Source: Candidatus Delongbacteria bacterium (GTDB taxonomy: Bacteria; CAIWAD01). From it: a stretch of 64,000 nt of DNA. Both the position numbers and the translations under genes were made by a program. Below, in pieces: positions 57,301 through 64,000 of the stretch. The stretch lies in the NCBI GenBank assembly GCA_963663545.1, contig OY760505.1:2176001-2240000 (forward strand). The letters are read 5' to 3'. Numbering within the stretch: the stretch's first letter is position 1; every line of letters starts with the position of its first letter. The notes beneath the pieces are model-generated. The model was not told the DNA's origin. It made no database searches and saw nothing but the letters and a program-made list of their open reading frames with translations.

Positions 57301-60300
57301 AGCTTCGACCTGGAAGACGACGACCTGACGGTTACTCCGCCGGCCAACTGGTCTGGCGTTTTCGAGGTCAGCTTTACTGTGACCGATGTGGCTACCCGCG
57401 CCGCGGTGCAGGGCAGTGTGGATGTGGAGTTGGCTGCGGTCAACGATGCGCCCACCCTGGTTGAAGGTCATTGGACCGAACTGGCCATGGATGAAGACGA
57501 CACGGTGGTCTTGACCGAAGCCGACATCCTGGCCCAGTTTGAAGATGTCGAGGGCGACGCGCTCGAGGTCATGGGCATCTTCTTCCCGAACGGCAACGTT
57601 GTTGAAGGCGTGGACGACTGGACGCTGATCCTCGACGCCGACTGGGACGAGAACTTCAGCATGCGCATCGACGTCTGGGAAACCGCTACTGCCGAGCAGT
57701 ATGAAGCCAATCTGGAATTGACGGTGGTTGTCACCCCGGTCAACGATGCACCAACCCTAGAAGTTGCCTTTGACGATGTCAACATTGACGAGGACGAAGT
57801 CTTCGCGATCCTGGACATCACAACCCATTTTGACGACATCGATTCTGCCGAGCTTACGGTTTCGAACTACACTTCCAGCGTGGAAGGCTACGGCTTCGTG
57901 CTGGAAGGTGACGAGCTGACCGTGACTCCGCCCCAGGACAATGTTGATCCTGCCGTAATCACGCTGACCATTTCTGACGGTGAGCTGACGGCTCAGGGAA
58001 CATTGAACGTCACCATCAATCCGGTCAACGACGCGCCGGTGCAGGTGATTGAGGTGGCCGAGCTTACTTATGATGAGGAAGACAGCTTCTCCATCAACAA
58101 TGTGCCCGCCTACTTCGATGACGTGGACGGCGATGCCATCAGCCTTTTCGGCGCCACCCTTGAGGAGGGTACGGTTGAGCTGAACGGCAACAACGTCAAC
58201 TTCACCCTGGACGACGATTTCTTCGGCCTCACCACAGGTACGCTGACCGTGACCGACGGCGAGCTCTTTGCCACCGCCGAGTTCAGCGTCAACGTGAACA
58301 ACATCAACGATGTGCCCGTTCTGGATGCTGCCTTTAACAACGTGACCACACCGGAAGATGTGGCCTTTGTCATCGAGAACATCACGGATCACTTCACCGA
58401 TGTGGACATGGATGAGCTGGTGGTCAGCGCCTATGGTGATGATCTCGGCGATTTGTGCAGCTTCGATCTGGATGGCAATGACCTGACCATCACACCGCCG
58501 CATAACTGGAACTCGATCGCCGAAGGCACGACCATCGAGATCGACCTGACGGTCAGCGACGGCAATGGCGGAACGGCTTCCACCAGTTTTGATGTCACTG
58601 TCACGCCGGTCAACGACTGTCCGCAGCGCGATGTAGACATCATGGACTTCGCGATGGCTGAGGGAACCACCTTCACCTTGAACGATGTGCTGGACAACTT
58701 CAGTGACGCCGACGGCGACGACCTGGACTTCCAGGAGATCACCTTCAGTTGCGGTATTGCCCTGCAGGTGGGCGCCGACATTCAGCTGACGCCCGATGAA
58801 GACTTCTTTGGAACCTGTGATCTGGATATCGTGGTCACCGACGGCTTCTGCAATGCAGTTGAGAGCGTGGTGGTTACGGTAACCAACCTGGCCGACTGCC
58901 CGGTCTTCGATACCGCCTTTGACGATGTCACCGTTGACGAGGATACGCCCTTCACCGCCAGCGTGGCGGAAGTGCTGACCCACTTCAGCGATCCCGATGA
59001 GGATGTGCTGAGTCTGGCCGACGTCGACTTCGATCTGGGTACGGTTGCGATTGAGGGCGATCTGATCACCTTTACGCCGGATGAAGACCTCAACGGTCTG
59101 GGCGAAGTCTCCTACACCGTCAGTGACGGTCTCTGCCAGGTGACGGGTGCCATGAACGTCAACCTGACTCCGATCAATGACGCGCCGAAGTTCACCGGTG
59201 TGCTGGTGGAGCGCAATTACCTGGAAGACGATGTCGACGACCTAATCATTGACATCCTCAATCGCTTCACCGATCCCGAAGGCGACACCAAGATCTTCGA
59301 CACCGCCGCCATCGTTTCCGACTCCGTGGCCGTCTTCTTCGATCTGAACATCGACGACGACAACGTGGCCTTTACGGTGAACGCGGCCGGTGAAGATTAC
59401 AACGGCGTCTTCGAAATTGCCGCCACGGTCAGTGATGATCAGGGTGCCAGCCGCACCGAGACCATTGCCGTGCTGACGGTGATTCCGCAGAACGATTGCC
59501 CCGTCTATCTGGCGGATGTGGATCCCATCGAGGTCGACGAGGAAGAGACCTTCTACTTGGCCGATCCGCTGAGCCACTTCCTTGATGTGGACGGCGATGT
59601 GCTCGAGCTGACCAGCGTGCTGCTTTCCTGCGGTACCGCCACCATCATTGGTGACAGCGTTGAGTGCGTTCCCAACGAGAACTTCTCTGGTGCCGGCACC
59701 CTGACCCTGCGTGTCAGCGACGGTCATTGCGATCCGGTGCAGGCCAACATTGCGGTCACCATCAACGCGCTGAATGATGCGCCGGTGCTGGTGACGCCTT
59801 TTGCCGATGTGGAAGTGAACGAGGAGACATCCTTTACCCTCCTCAACATTCGCAGCCACTTCGACGATCCGGAAGACGACAACCTGATCGTGTCGGCCTA
59901 TGTCAGCGATCCTGTCGGTTTCGCCTTCACGTACGATGAGCTGGGTGACGACCTTAGCGTGACTCCGAGCGACGACTTCTTTGGCGAGGCCACCGTAACC
60001 GTGACCGTCAACGATCGTGCGACTCGCGCAACCACCAATGCGGTGATCAACGTGACCGTACTGAACGTCAACGACTGTCCGACTCAGATCCTCGTCTTTG
60101 ACGAGATCGAGGCCCTGGAGGACACCCCCTTCAACGTCATCGAAGTTCTGAGCTACTTCACGGATGTCGACGGCGACGATGAGCTGGCCATTCTGGATGC
60201 CTGGTTCGAGTGCGGTAGCACCGAGATTGGCGAGGACATGGTCACCTTCACGCCCGACGAGGACGTTACCGGAATGTGTGATGCTTCCATCACCATCTGG

Positions 60301-62541
60301 GATGGCACCGAGGGTTGTGAGGTCGTGGCGGCGCTTACCGTCGACATTGGTGGTTCCAACGACGCGCCGGTCATTCTGACGGACATCGATCCGCAAACGG
60401 TTGCCGAAGACAACAGCTTCAGCATGGGCTCCATCCTGAGCCACTTTGCTGATCCCGATGGCGATGAGCTCTTCGTGACACAGACGACGGCGGATGTCGA
60501 GGACTTCACGGTTGAGTATTCCGATGCCGAGGACCTACTGAGCATCGTACCGCCTGCGAACTACAATGGTACCGCGACCATCCAGATCACCGTCAGTGAT
60601 GTATCACCCGAGCGCGCCAGTGTTACACTGGACTTCGAGCTGACCGTCACGCCCATCAACGATGAGCCGGTGCTGAATGCCAGCATCGATCCGCTGACTT
60701 CCTTTGAAGATCAGCCGCTGGTCATCGCCGACGTCACCGCTTGGTTTACCGATGTGGACGGCGACGAGCTGGCCGTAAGTGCTTCCACCCTGATGCCGGA
60801 AGGCGTCGGTACTCTGGACATCGACGGCGTGAGCGCGACGTACACACCCACCGAGAATTTCACCGGTGATGTGGAGTTGAGCTTCACCGTGAGCGATGGC
60901 GAGTACACGGCCAACACCGGTACCATTATGCTGACCGTGATTCCGGTCAACGATCCGCCCTACGTGTTGAGTGAGTTGGGTTCGCTGACTTTGGTGAGCA
61001 TGAGCAGCGACAACAGCATTGATCTGGACGACTTCTTTGCTGATCCCGACGGCGACGAGCTGAGCTACAGTTACAGCTATCCCGGTTCGGAGCTGAGCAT
61101 TGACATCGACGTGAATGGTGTGGTGACCATTGCCTCCATCACTGAATGGACCGGCGAGACCGCCATTACCTTCATCGCCGACGACGGATACGAAGTGGCT
61201 CGTGTTGGTGTCGACCTGAGCGGACGCAATTCCGGTCGCGTCAACACGCAGCTTGTATCACCGCTGTTGGACAGTCGTGATACAATCAGCAGCACGCTGA
61301 CGGTCTACGTCGAGGAGCCCAGCACGTACTTCGTAAGCGGTACGGTGCAGTACTTCTTTGGTGATGTGCCCATGCAGTTGGTGACCATGAACATCAGCGG
61401 CGACGCTGAGCAGAGCATGGACACGGATGCCAGCGGTGCTTTCAGCTTCGAGCTGGATCCCGGCAACTACGTGCTTGCCGGTGCTCGCGACGAGGCCGAG
61501 TTGAACGGCGTGAGTATCACCGACGTCATCAAGATCCGTCGTCATCTGGCGAACCTTGAGCTCTTTGATTCACCCTTCAAGTATCTGGCCGCCGACGTGA
61601 ACAACAGCGGTGGTGTCAGCATTACCGACATCATCAAGATCCGTCGTTATCTGGCCGGTCTGGAAGAGCTGGAAAGCGGCGACTGGACCTTTGTACCGAG
61701 CGAGTACGAAATCAACAACGACAACTGGATGCTCGCCCCCGACGCCATGTCTTTCGAGCCGCTGATGAGCGACGTCGTCGACGCCAACTTCATCGCGGTG
61801 CGCATGGGCGATGTCAACGGAGGCTGGGCTCTTCCGGCCATGCTCCAGCGCGGCAACAGTGGCAATGCCCGGTTGCAGCTTGGCGAGCGTCGTGGCCTGA
61901 CCGGTGACGAAATCACCGTTCCGGTTCGCGTCAGCGGTGCCAGCGAGCTTGCGGGTGTTGAGTTGGGACTGAGCTGGGACGAAACTCTGTTGACCTACAC
62001 CGGCTGTGATACGGATCTGGAGAATCCGCTGATCAATGCAGGTGAGGGCCAGCTGCGCCTTGTGTGGGAAAGCATCGAGCACCTCTGTGACACAGAACAG
62101 GCCGTGTTCAATCTGCGCTTCCGTATCACGGGTGATTTGGGCAGCCAGGCCGAGCTGAACGTCGAGCGCGCAGTTATCTGCGATGTCGAGGGCAGCGAGA
62201 TCGGTCTGGTGGCGGAGAACGGCAGTGTGCTGGTCACGCCAGCCAATGGCAATCTGGGATTCGAGGCCGTTTTGGTGGAAGATTTCAACCTCTACCAGAA
62301 CTATCCGAACCCCTTCAACCCGTCGACGACCGTCAGTTTTGACGTTGCCGAAGCGGGTTTGGTGAGTGTTTCGGTTTACAACGTAGTTGGGCAGAGGGTG
62401 CTGGACCTGCTGAACGAAGAGCTGCCCATGGGACGCTACCAGTTGTCTGTCAATGCCGGTCATCTGGCGACAGGCACCTACTTGACCGTCATGCGTGCTG
62501 GCGATCACGTCTACACACGCAAGATGTTGTTAGTCAAGTAG
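51373..62541 (+). CDS. Giant acidic surface protein (~3720 aa): about 33 cadherin-like/tandem-95 Ig repeats, a dockerin-like pair, a cohesin-like domain and a T9SS-like C-terminal domain
   Basis: GGAGGG RBS and signal peptide. Repeats bounded by (V/I)ND.P with ED, F.D.DGD.L and P..(N/D)(F/Y/W)NG motifs. NGVSITDVIKIRRHL / AADVNNSGGVSITDIIKIRRYL; ITVPVRVSG...GVELGLSWD...L; NYPNPFNP...KMLLVK. Confidence 0.88.
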   Translation: MQKARYLLLLLLVTSLTALAVPRYDAGNPFPAVTIDEDNQLVVDDVLTHFYNDEEGGLVAYQNATSNRPGFSLSYNQGDDQLTITPPADWNTAEDNAGSPVVITIVVTDNPSVRATASGAFQLTISAVNDAPELDEAFVAITTAEDTPFTLAEADLLSHFVDQEDDALEITALSFNHGEAVLDGGTWTVTPDLNYFGAGTVSMTVAESATAEQYEVNANISVTVTAVNDSPVVAVPLDDDNTNEDVAYTVSALLGHFSDVEQATLGFSNATYDVAGFTHVWNGTDLTITPPANWNSDEDNGGAGVSVTITVNDGVGGTVQDVFVLTVDAVNDNPVYDGELVDLSVDEDNSINVDEADILAEFYDEDGDALGVFDVTMTNGSTMPGIGLWTLIPDADFYGDCTVTVTVSEPFTPEQYSVQGTFTLTVNPVNDAPVLTTPFTAMDPDEDENFTVFNIPTHFTDVDGDVLTVVNAEADGPGLNFTIFSGNVLVEPDPNTNGDYVLTLTVSDGALTAQGTVDVTILPINDAPYNDVVFDDVIGTEDIEFVVEDVIGGHFDDVDNPADLILSDVSANVVGFEFSYSEVDDELTVTPPANYNGEAVLTLTIDDQALRLTTTATINVTLASVNDEPTNAAQIADRNINEDASVTVNNLLDYFDDVDLNDATPDELSLLEAAVLMGDGTAVLGANSVTVTPAANFNGVMTIGIAVTDLHGGTQGQTFSVNVAAVNDAPYLSGVLAARGVDEDDVLNVLEADLLAAFSDVDLLDAGSTEALTVVNLSGAHLTRVDNGDNWDLTPEADWNGNITVTVTVADQAAVQTTGTFVLTVMYMEDAPILATAFDDELIDEDTGYSISLAEILGHFDDEDLPYGDHLSVDDVQLSNPDWGVVIGDPVVITPDADIVASTNVTIIVVDDLGNDISDSFDIDINPINDCLVMDGDGYADRSISEDANWTVNATQYVANNYSDIDGDALSLQSITLDDGTAVNSGGGIWTVTPDANYHGIITVTMTVTDGTCTVDDQWLLTVNSVNDNPTFTGSFADVTTDEDVAFTVVDPTAQFSDVDAEDELSVTQWTAKVLGVTVPGFTFVASGDDYIITPPADYNTDGGNDVIITMTVGDGTATVQAGFDLSIDAVNDCPRENEANPLNNLVTNEDTAVTFTDAGILSHFIDVEGDAMFVESVEIEGGSTDYDGNTWTVTPPPEFNGIIPIVYRVNDGMCSDEVEQNLVVTSIADCPVYDGELADLSTDEDLPLEVSEATLVAEFSDPDEDELTVDVDNSFWANGTISVAGGVVTFAPDEDYNGTSEVTLAVTDGLCPVTGTFDLTVVSVNDEPVASAAIDPIITAEDTPFALTAAELIAQYSDVDGDALAIHDLVFDQGSYELFEGLYTFTPDQDYNGAASLYVDVIEVGTAELYTANNTIAVTVTPVNDAPVLETAFEDAATDEEVAYTVIDAADHFSDVDLDELEVVDVTFVPDNADFDIDGANVVIDPDQDFVGDIVVTVVVSDGNGGSEDGSFTLTVNPINDAPELLVPYAAVNSDEDVAFTVANLLSGHWTDVDMDDLTVSFSDNLPTRDFTFTYDTDEDELSVIPPQDYNGNAVLTVTVDDRQLRLTASANINVSIAPVNDLPVLVTPFPDNLTEVEDQDYAAVGSYILDRYTDVDGDELGIISIDFEPGDADFDGDETYYFHPEPNYNGVIEVLYVVTDGHPGGLVAGSYNVTYAFVNDAPTLVGGIADQDIPEDGQVVISEADILAQFDDVDLPYEDELSILDIEMTHGTVSQAGGDVTFTVAADYAETCTVDITIQDLAGATASDQFIFTVNPLNNDAPELVTAFDDDSVVEGSTWYIEIAEVLSHFDDIDGDALSLLTVLFDNTTLGVVPSDGPVREAFTHVAATPLDENFVGTSTLTFIVMDPEGLTAEGSIDLTWTAVDDDPILAIPFDPILGEEDVEFTIAGITSHYDEVDGEDLQVSNPVASVEGFSFDLEDDDLTVTPPANWSGVFEVSFTVTDVATRAAVQGSVDVELAAVNDAPTLVEGHWTELAMDEDDTVVLTEADILAQFEDVEGDALEVMGIFFPNGNVVEGVDDWTLILDADWDENFSMRIDVWETATAEQYEANLELTVVVTPVNDAPTLEVAFDDVNIDEDEVFAILDITTHFDDIDSAELTVSNYTSSVEGYGFVLEGDELTVTPPQDNVDPAVITLTISDGELTAQGTLNVTINPVNDAPVQVIEVAELTYDEEDSFSINNVPAYFDDVDGDAISLFGATLEEGTVELNGNNVNFTLDDDFFGLTTGTLTVTDGELFATAEFSVNVNNINDVPVLDAAFNNVTTPEDVAFVIENITDHFTDVDMDELVVSAYGDDLGDLCSFDLDGNDLTITPPHNWNSIAEGTTIEIDLTVSDGNGGTASTSFDVTVTPVNDCPQRDVDIMDFAMAEGTTFTLNDVLDNFSDADGDDLDFQEITFSCGIALQVGADIQLTPDEDFFGTCDLDIVVTDGFCNAVESVVVTVTNLADCPVFDTAFDDVTVDEDTPFTASVAEVLTHFSDPDEDVLSLADVDFDLGTVAIEGDLITFTPDEDLNGLGEVSYTVSDGLCQVTGAMNVNLTPINDAPKFTGVLVERNYLEDDVDDLIIDILNRFTDPEGDTKIFDTAAIVSDSVAVFFDLNIDDDNVAFTVNAAGEDYNGVFEIAATVSDDQGASRTETIAVLTVIPQNDCPVYLADVDPIEVDEEETFYLADPLSHFLDVDGDVLELTSVLLSCGTATIIGDSVECVPNENFSGAGTLTLRVSDGHCDPVQANIAVTINALNDAPVLVTPFADVEVNEETSFTLLNIRSHFDDPEDDNLIVSAYVSDPVGFAFTYDELGDDLSVTPSDDFFGEATVTVTVNDRATRATTNAVINVTVLNVNDCPTQILVFDEIEALEDTPFNVIEVLSYFTDVDGDDELAILDAWFECGSTEIGEDMVTFTPDEDVTGMCDASITIWDGTEGCEVVAALTVDIGGSNDAPVILTDIDPQTVAEDNSFSMGSILSHFADPDGDELFVTQTTADVEDFTVEYSDAEDLLSIVPPANYNGTATIQITVSDVSPERASVTLDFELTVTPINDEPVLNASIDPLTSFEDQPLVIADVTAWFTDVDGDELAVSASTLMPEGVGTLDIDGVSATYTPTENFTGDVELSFTVSDGEYTANTGTIMLTVIPVNDPPYVLSELGSLTLVSMSSDNSIDLDDFFADPDGDELSYSYSYPGSELSIDIDVNGVVTIASITEWTGETAITFIADDGYEVARVGVDLSGRNSGRVNTQLVSPLLDSRDTISSTLTVYVEEPSTYFVSGTVQYFFGDVPMQLVTMNISGDAEQSMDTDASGAFSFELDPGNYVLAGARDEAELNGVSITDVIKIRRHLANLELFDSPFKYLAADVNNSGGVSITDIIKIRRYLAGLEELESGDWTFVPSEYEINNDNWMLAPDAMSFEPLMSDVVDANFIAVRMGDVNGGWALPAMLQRGNSGNARLQLGERRGLTGDEITVPVRVSGASELAGVELGLSWDETLLTYTGCDTDLENPLINAGEGQLRLVWESIEHLCDTEQAVFNLRFRITGDLGSQAELNVERAVICDVEGSEIGLVAENGSVLVTPANGNLGFEAVLVEDFNLYQNYPNPFNPSTTVSFDVAEAGLVSVSVYNVVGQRVLDLLNEELPMGRYQLSVNAGHLATGTYLTVMRAGDHVYTRKMLLVK

Positions 62542-62579
62542 GGTAGGACAGCAGGAACCAGTTAGTGTCGAGGTGTATC

Positions 62580-64000
62580 ATGAACAGAATTCTGCAAATG
62601 ACCCTGGGAATGCCGCTGCTGGCCACCACCGTCGCCTTCGGGCAGGCGGTGGTGAGCCTGCCGGCGACTGGCGGTCTGGCGAGCGATACCATTCTTGCTG
62701 ACATCACCGTCAGCGGCTTTACCAACGTGGTGGGTGTTGAGCTGCACATCGTATCAGACCCGGCTGTGGCCGTTCCTCTGATCGGTACAGTCAGCGACTA
62801 TCTCGCTGGTGCCACGGTTGGTCCGGCTGAGCCGACCAATCAGATCAACATCATCTGGGAGGATTTCTCCAATCCGCTGACCGTGACCGATGGCGCAGTG
62901 CTGTTGCAGGTGCCTTATGTGCTGGTCGGCGAGGTGGATGACTCCTGCACGCTAAGCTTCACAGGCTCCGTGCTTGTGGACGAGGCTGCCAATGAGATTC
63001 CTACCACCTGGAACGAAGGAAGCATTGCGATTACCCCTCCGATGCCCCCGGAAGCGTTTACGCTGTTGAGTCCGACCGACGAAGCCGTGCTGACGTCGAC
63101 CACGGTCGATTTCAGCTGGGAAGTGGCCGTCAACGACAACATGGACCCGCAGCTCTACGATCTCTACCTCTCCAGCGATGTGGACATGACCGATGTGACC
63201 CTTGAAATCAACGACATCGAGGGAACCAGCTATCAGGTCAGCGAGGATCTGGTTGACGGCGAGACCTACTACTGGACCGTGTTTGCGCAGGACGTGGACA
63301 CGGACGGCACCTGGGCTACCGACACTTGGCAGTTTACACTGGCCGTTCCCGATTGTCCCGTAGTAGACACGCCCATTCCCGATGTCAACGGGGAAGAGGA
63401 CACGCCGATTACGGTGACAGCACTGCTGGGCCATTTCTCCGATCCCGACGGCGACGACCTGAGTGTTGCTTCGGTGACCGACGACAGCGGCGAAGAATTC
63501 GGCTATGACTACAGCACCGCCAACCTGGTGGTTACTCCACCCGCCGACTGGAACGGCAGCACCACGGTGACCGTGACGGTGAGCGACGGAAGCTGCACGG
63601 TGAGTGACGAGTTCGAGCTGACACTGGCCGCCGTCAACGACGCGCCCGTGATCGAGCTGGTGACGGGTCCGCATTCCGCGTGTGGCGAGGTGGAAGTGAT
63701 TGGTTGGGGTGACGACGCTACCGAAGGCTTCTTTGTGGATGCCGACAACGGCAGCCTGTATTTCGTCATCGATGATGTGGACAACGCCACCGTGACGGTC
63801 AGCGTTTACGTCAATGACACCATGGTCGGCAGCGAGCCGGTTGGTGTGCCAGCGACAGATTACCTGCCTCACAATATTTTTAACCCGGAAGACTATCTGG
63901 ATCAGGACATCACCTTCTATGTCACCATCAGTGACGGTGAGTCCGTCTGGAATGCCGGTGGTGAGGAATGCTCGCACGCCCTCAACTTCCTGGCCGTTGA
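62580..64000 (+). CDS. 3'-truncated secreted protein: N-terminal cohesin-like domain, Fn3-like domain, cadherin-like repeats (absent from the ORF track because it runs off the window)
   Basis: GAGGTG RBS and ATG at 62580, MNRILQMTLGMPLLATTVAFGQ; ITVSGFTNVVGVELHI...IIWEDFSNPLTVTDGAVLL; FTLLSP...FSW...Y.W.V.A; PDCP...HFSDPDGDDL...PPADWNG...VNDAP. The frame stays open to base 64000. Confidence 0.85.
   Translation, partial: MNRILQMTLGMPLLATTVAFGQAVVSLPATGGLASDTILADITVSGFTNVVGVELHIVSDPAVAVPLIGTVSDYLAGATVGPAEPTNQINIIWEDFSNPLTVTDGAVLLQVPYVLVGEVDDSCTLSFTGSVLVDEAANEIPTTWNEGSIAITPPMPPEAFTLLSPTDEAVLTSTTVDFSWEVAVNDNMDPQLYDLYLSSDVDMTDVTLEINDIEGTSYQVSEDLVDGETYYWTVFAQDVDTDGTWATDTWQFTLAVPDCPVVDTPIPDVNGEEDTPITVTALLGHFSDPDGDDLSVASVTDDSGEEFGYDYSTANLVVTPPADWNGSTTVTVTVSDGSCTVSDEFELTLAAVNDAPVIELVTGPHSACGEVEVIGWGDDATEGFFVDADNGSLYFVIDDVDNATVTVSVYVNDTMVGSEPVGVPATDYLPHNIFNPEDYLDQDITFYVTISDGESVWNAGGEECSHALNFLAV

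Larger units (their letters stand above)
181..62129. repeat. Dispersed highly iterated heptamer GTGAYAC / GTRTCAC
   Basis: Hand count of roughly 75-80 GTGATAC/GTATCAC and roughly 30-35 GTGACAC/GTGTCAC. About 8 of each are expected for a 7-mer on two strands of 64 kb at uniform composition. Confidence 0.85.

Noticed and set aside
43520..63977. Long antisense ORFs (43520..45049, 54922..56925, 57757..58983, 59242..60444, 62952..63977; also 23953..25380)
   Set aside because: These are shadows of strongly codon-biased genes on the opposite strand, with no motifs or RBS.
1..64000. CRISPR array, DGR/retron reverse transcriptase, prophage or rRNA genes
   Set aside because: No regularly spaced direct repeats, RT motifs, phage structural genes or rRNA-like sequence were seen. 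The paralog-identical tracts show no adenine-specific variation.

Overview
64-kb fragment of a GC-rich Gram-negative bacterial chromosome, most likely from an FCB-superphylum lineage. This is an inference from five proteins ending in a T9SS type-A-like PNPFNP...LASG.Y C-terminal domain. From left to right: a tandem array of three large secreted gingipain-like (C25-family) proteins, of which the two complete ones lack the canonical catalytic His; a PDZ-only protein; a znuABC-like metal ABC transporter; a TetR + MFP + RND::OMF-fusion efflux operon; a secreted Cys-repeat protein with a sigma-54-type promoter; an apparently orphan Trp-leader/attenuator; and an AT-richer defence-like islet 3' of tRNA-Sec. 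The islet holds a nuclease-NTPase gene and a HEPN gene split by an intact IS256 with an 8-bp target duplication. Next come a secreted endonuclease I, a patatin/beta-barrel protein, two paralogous peptide-binding proteins separated by a beta-helix + TPR-bEBP gene pair, oppBCDF and a Ca2+/Na+ antiporter. The window ends with a ~3700-aa cadherin-repeat/dockerin/cohesin/T9SS protein and a truncated cohesin-cadherin protein. Across the window the heptamer GTGAYAC is strongly over-represented on both strands and is missing from most of the islet. All counts and family assignments were made by eye, without database searches.
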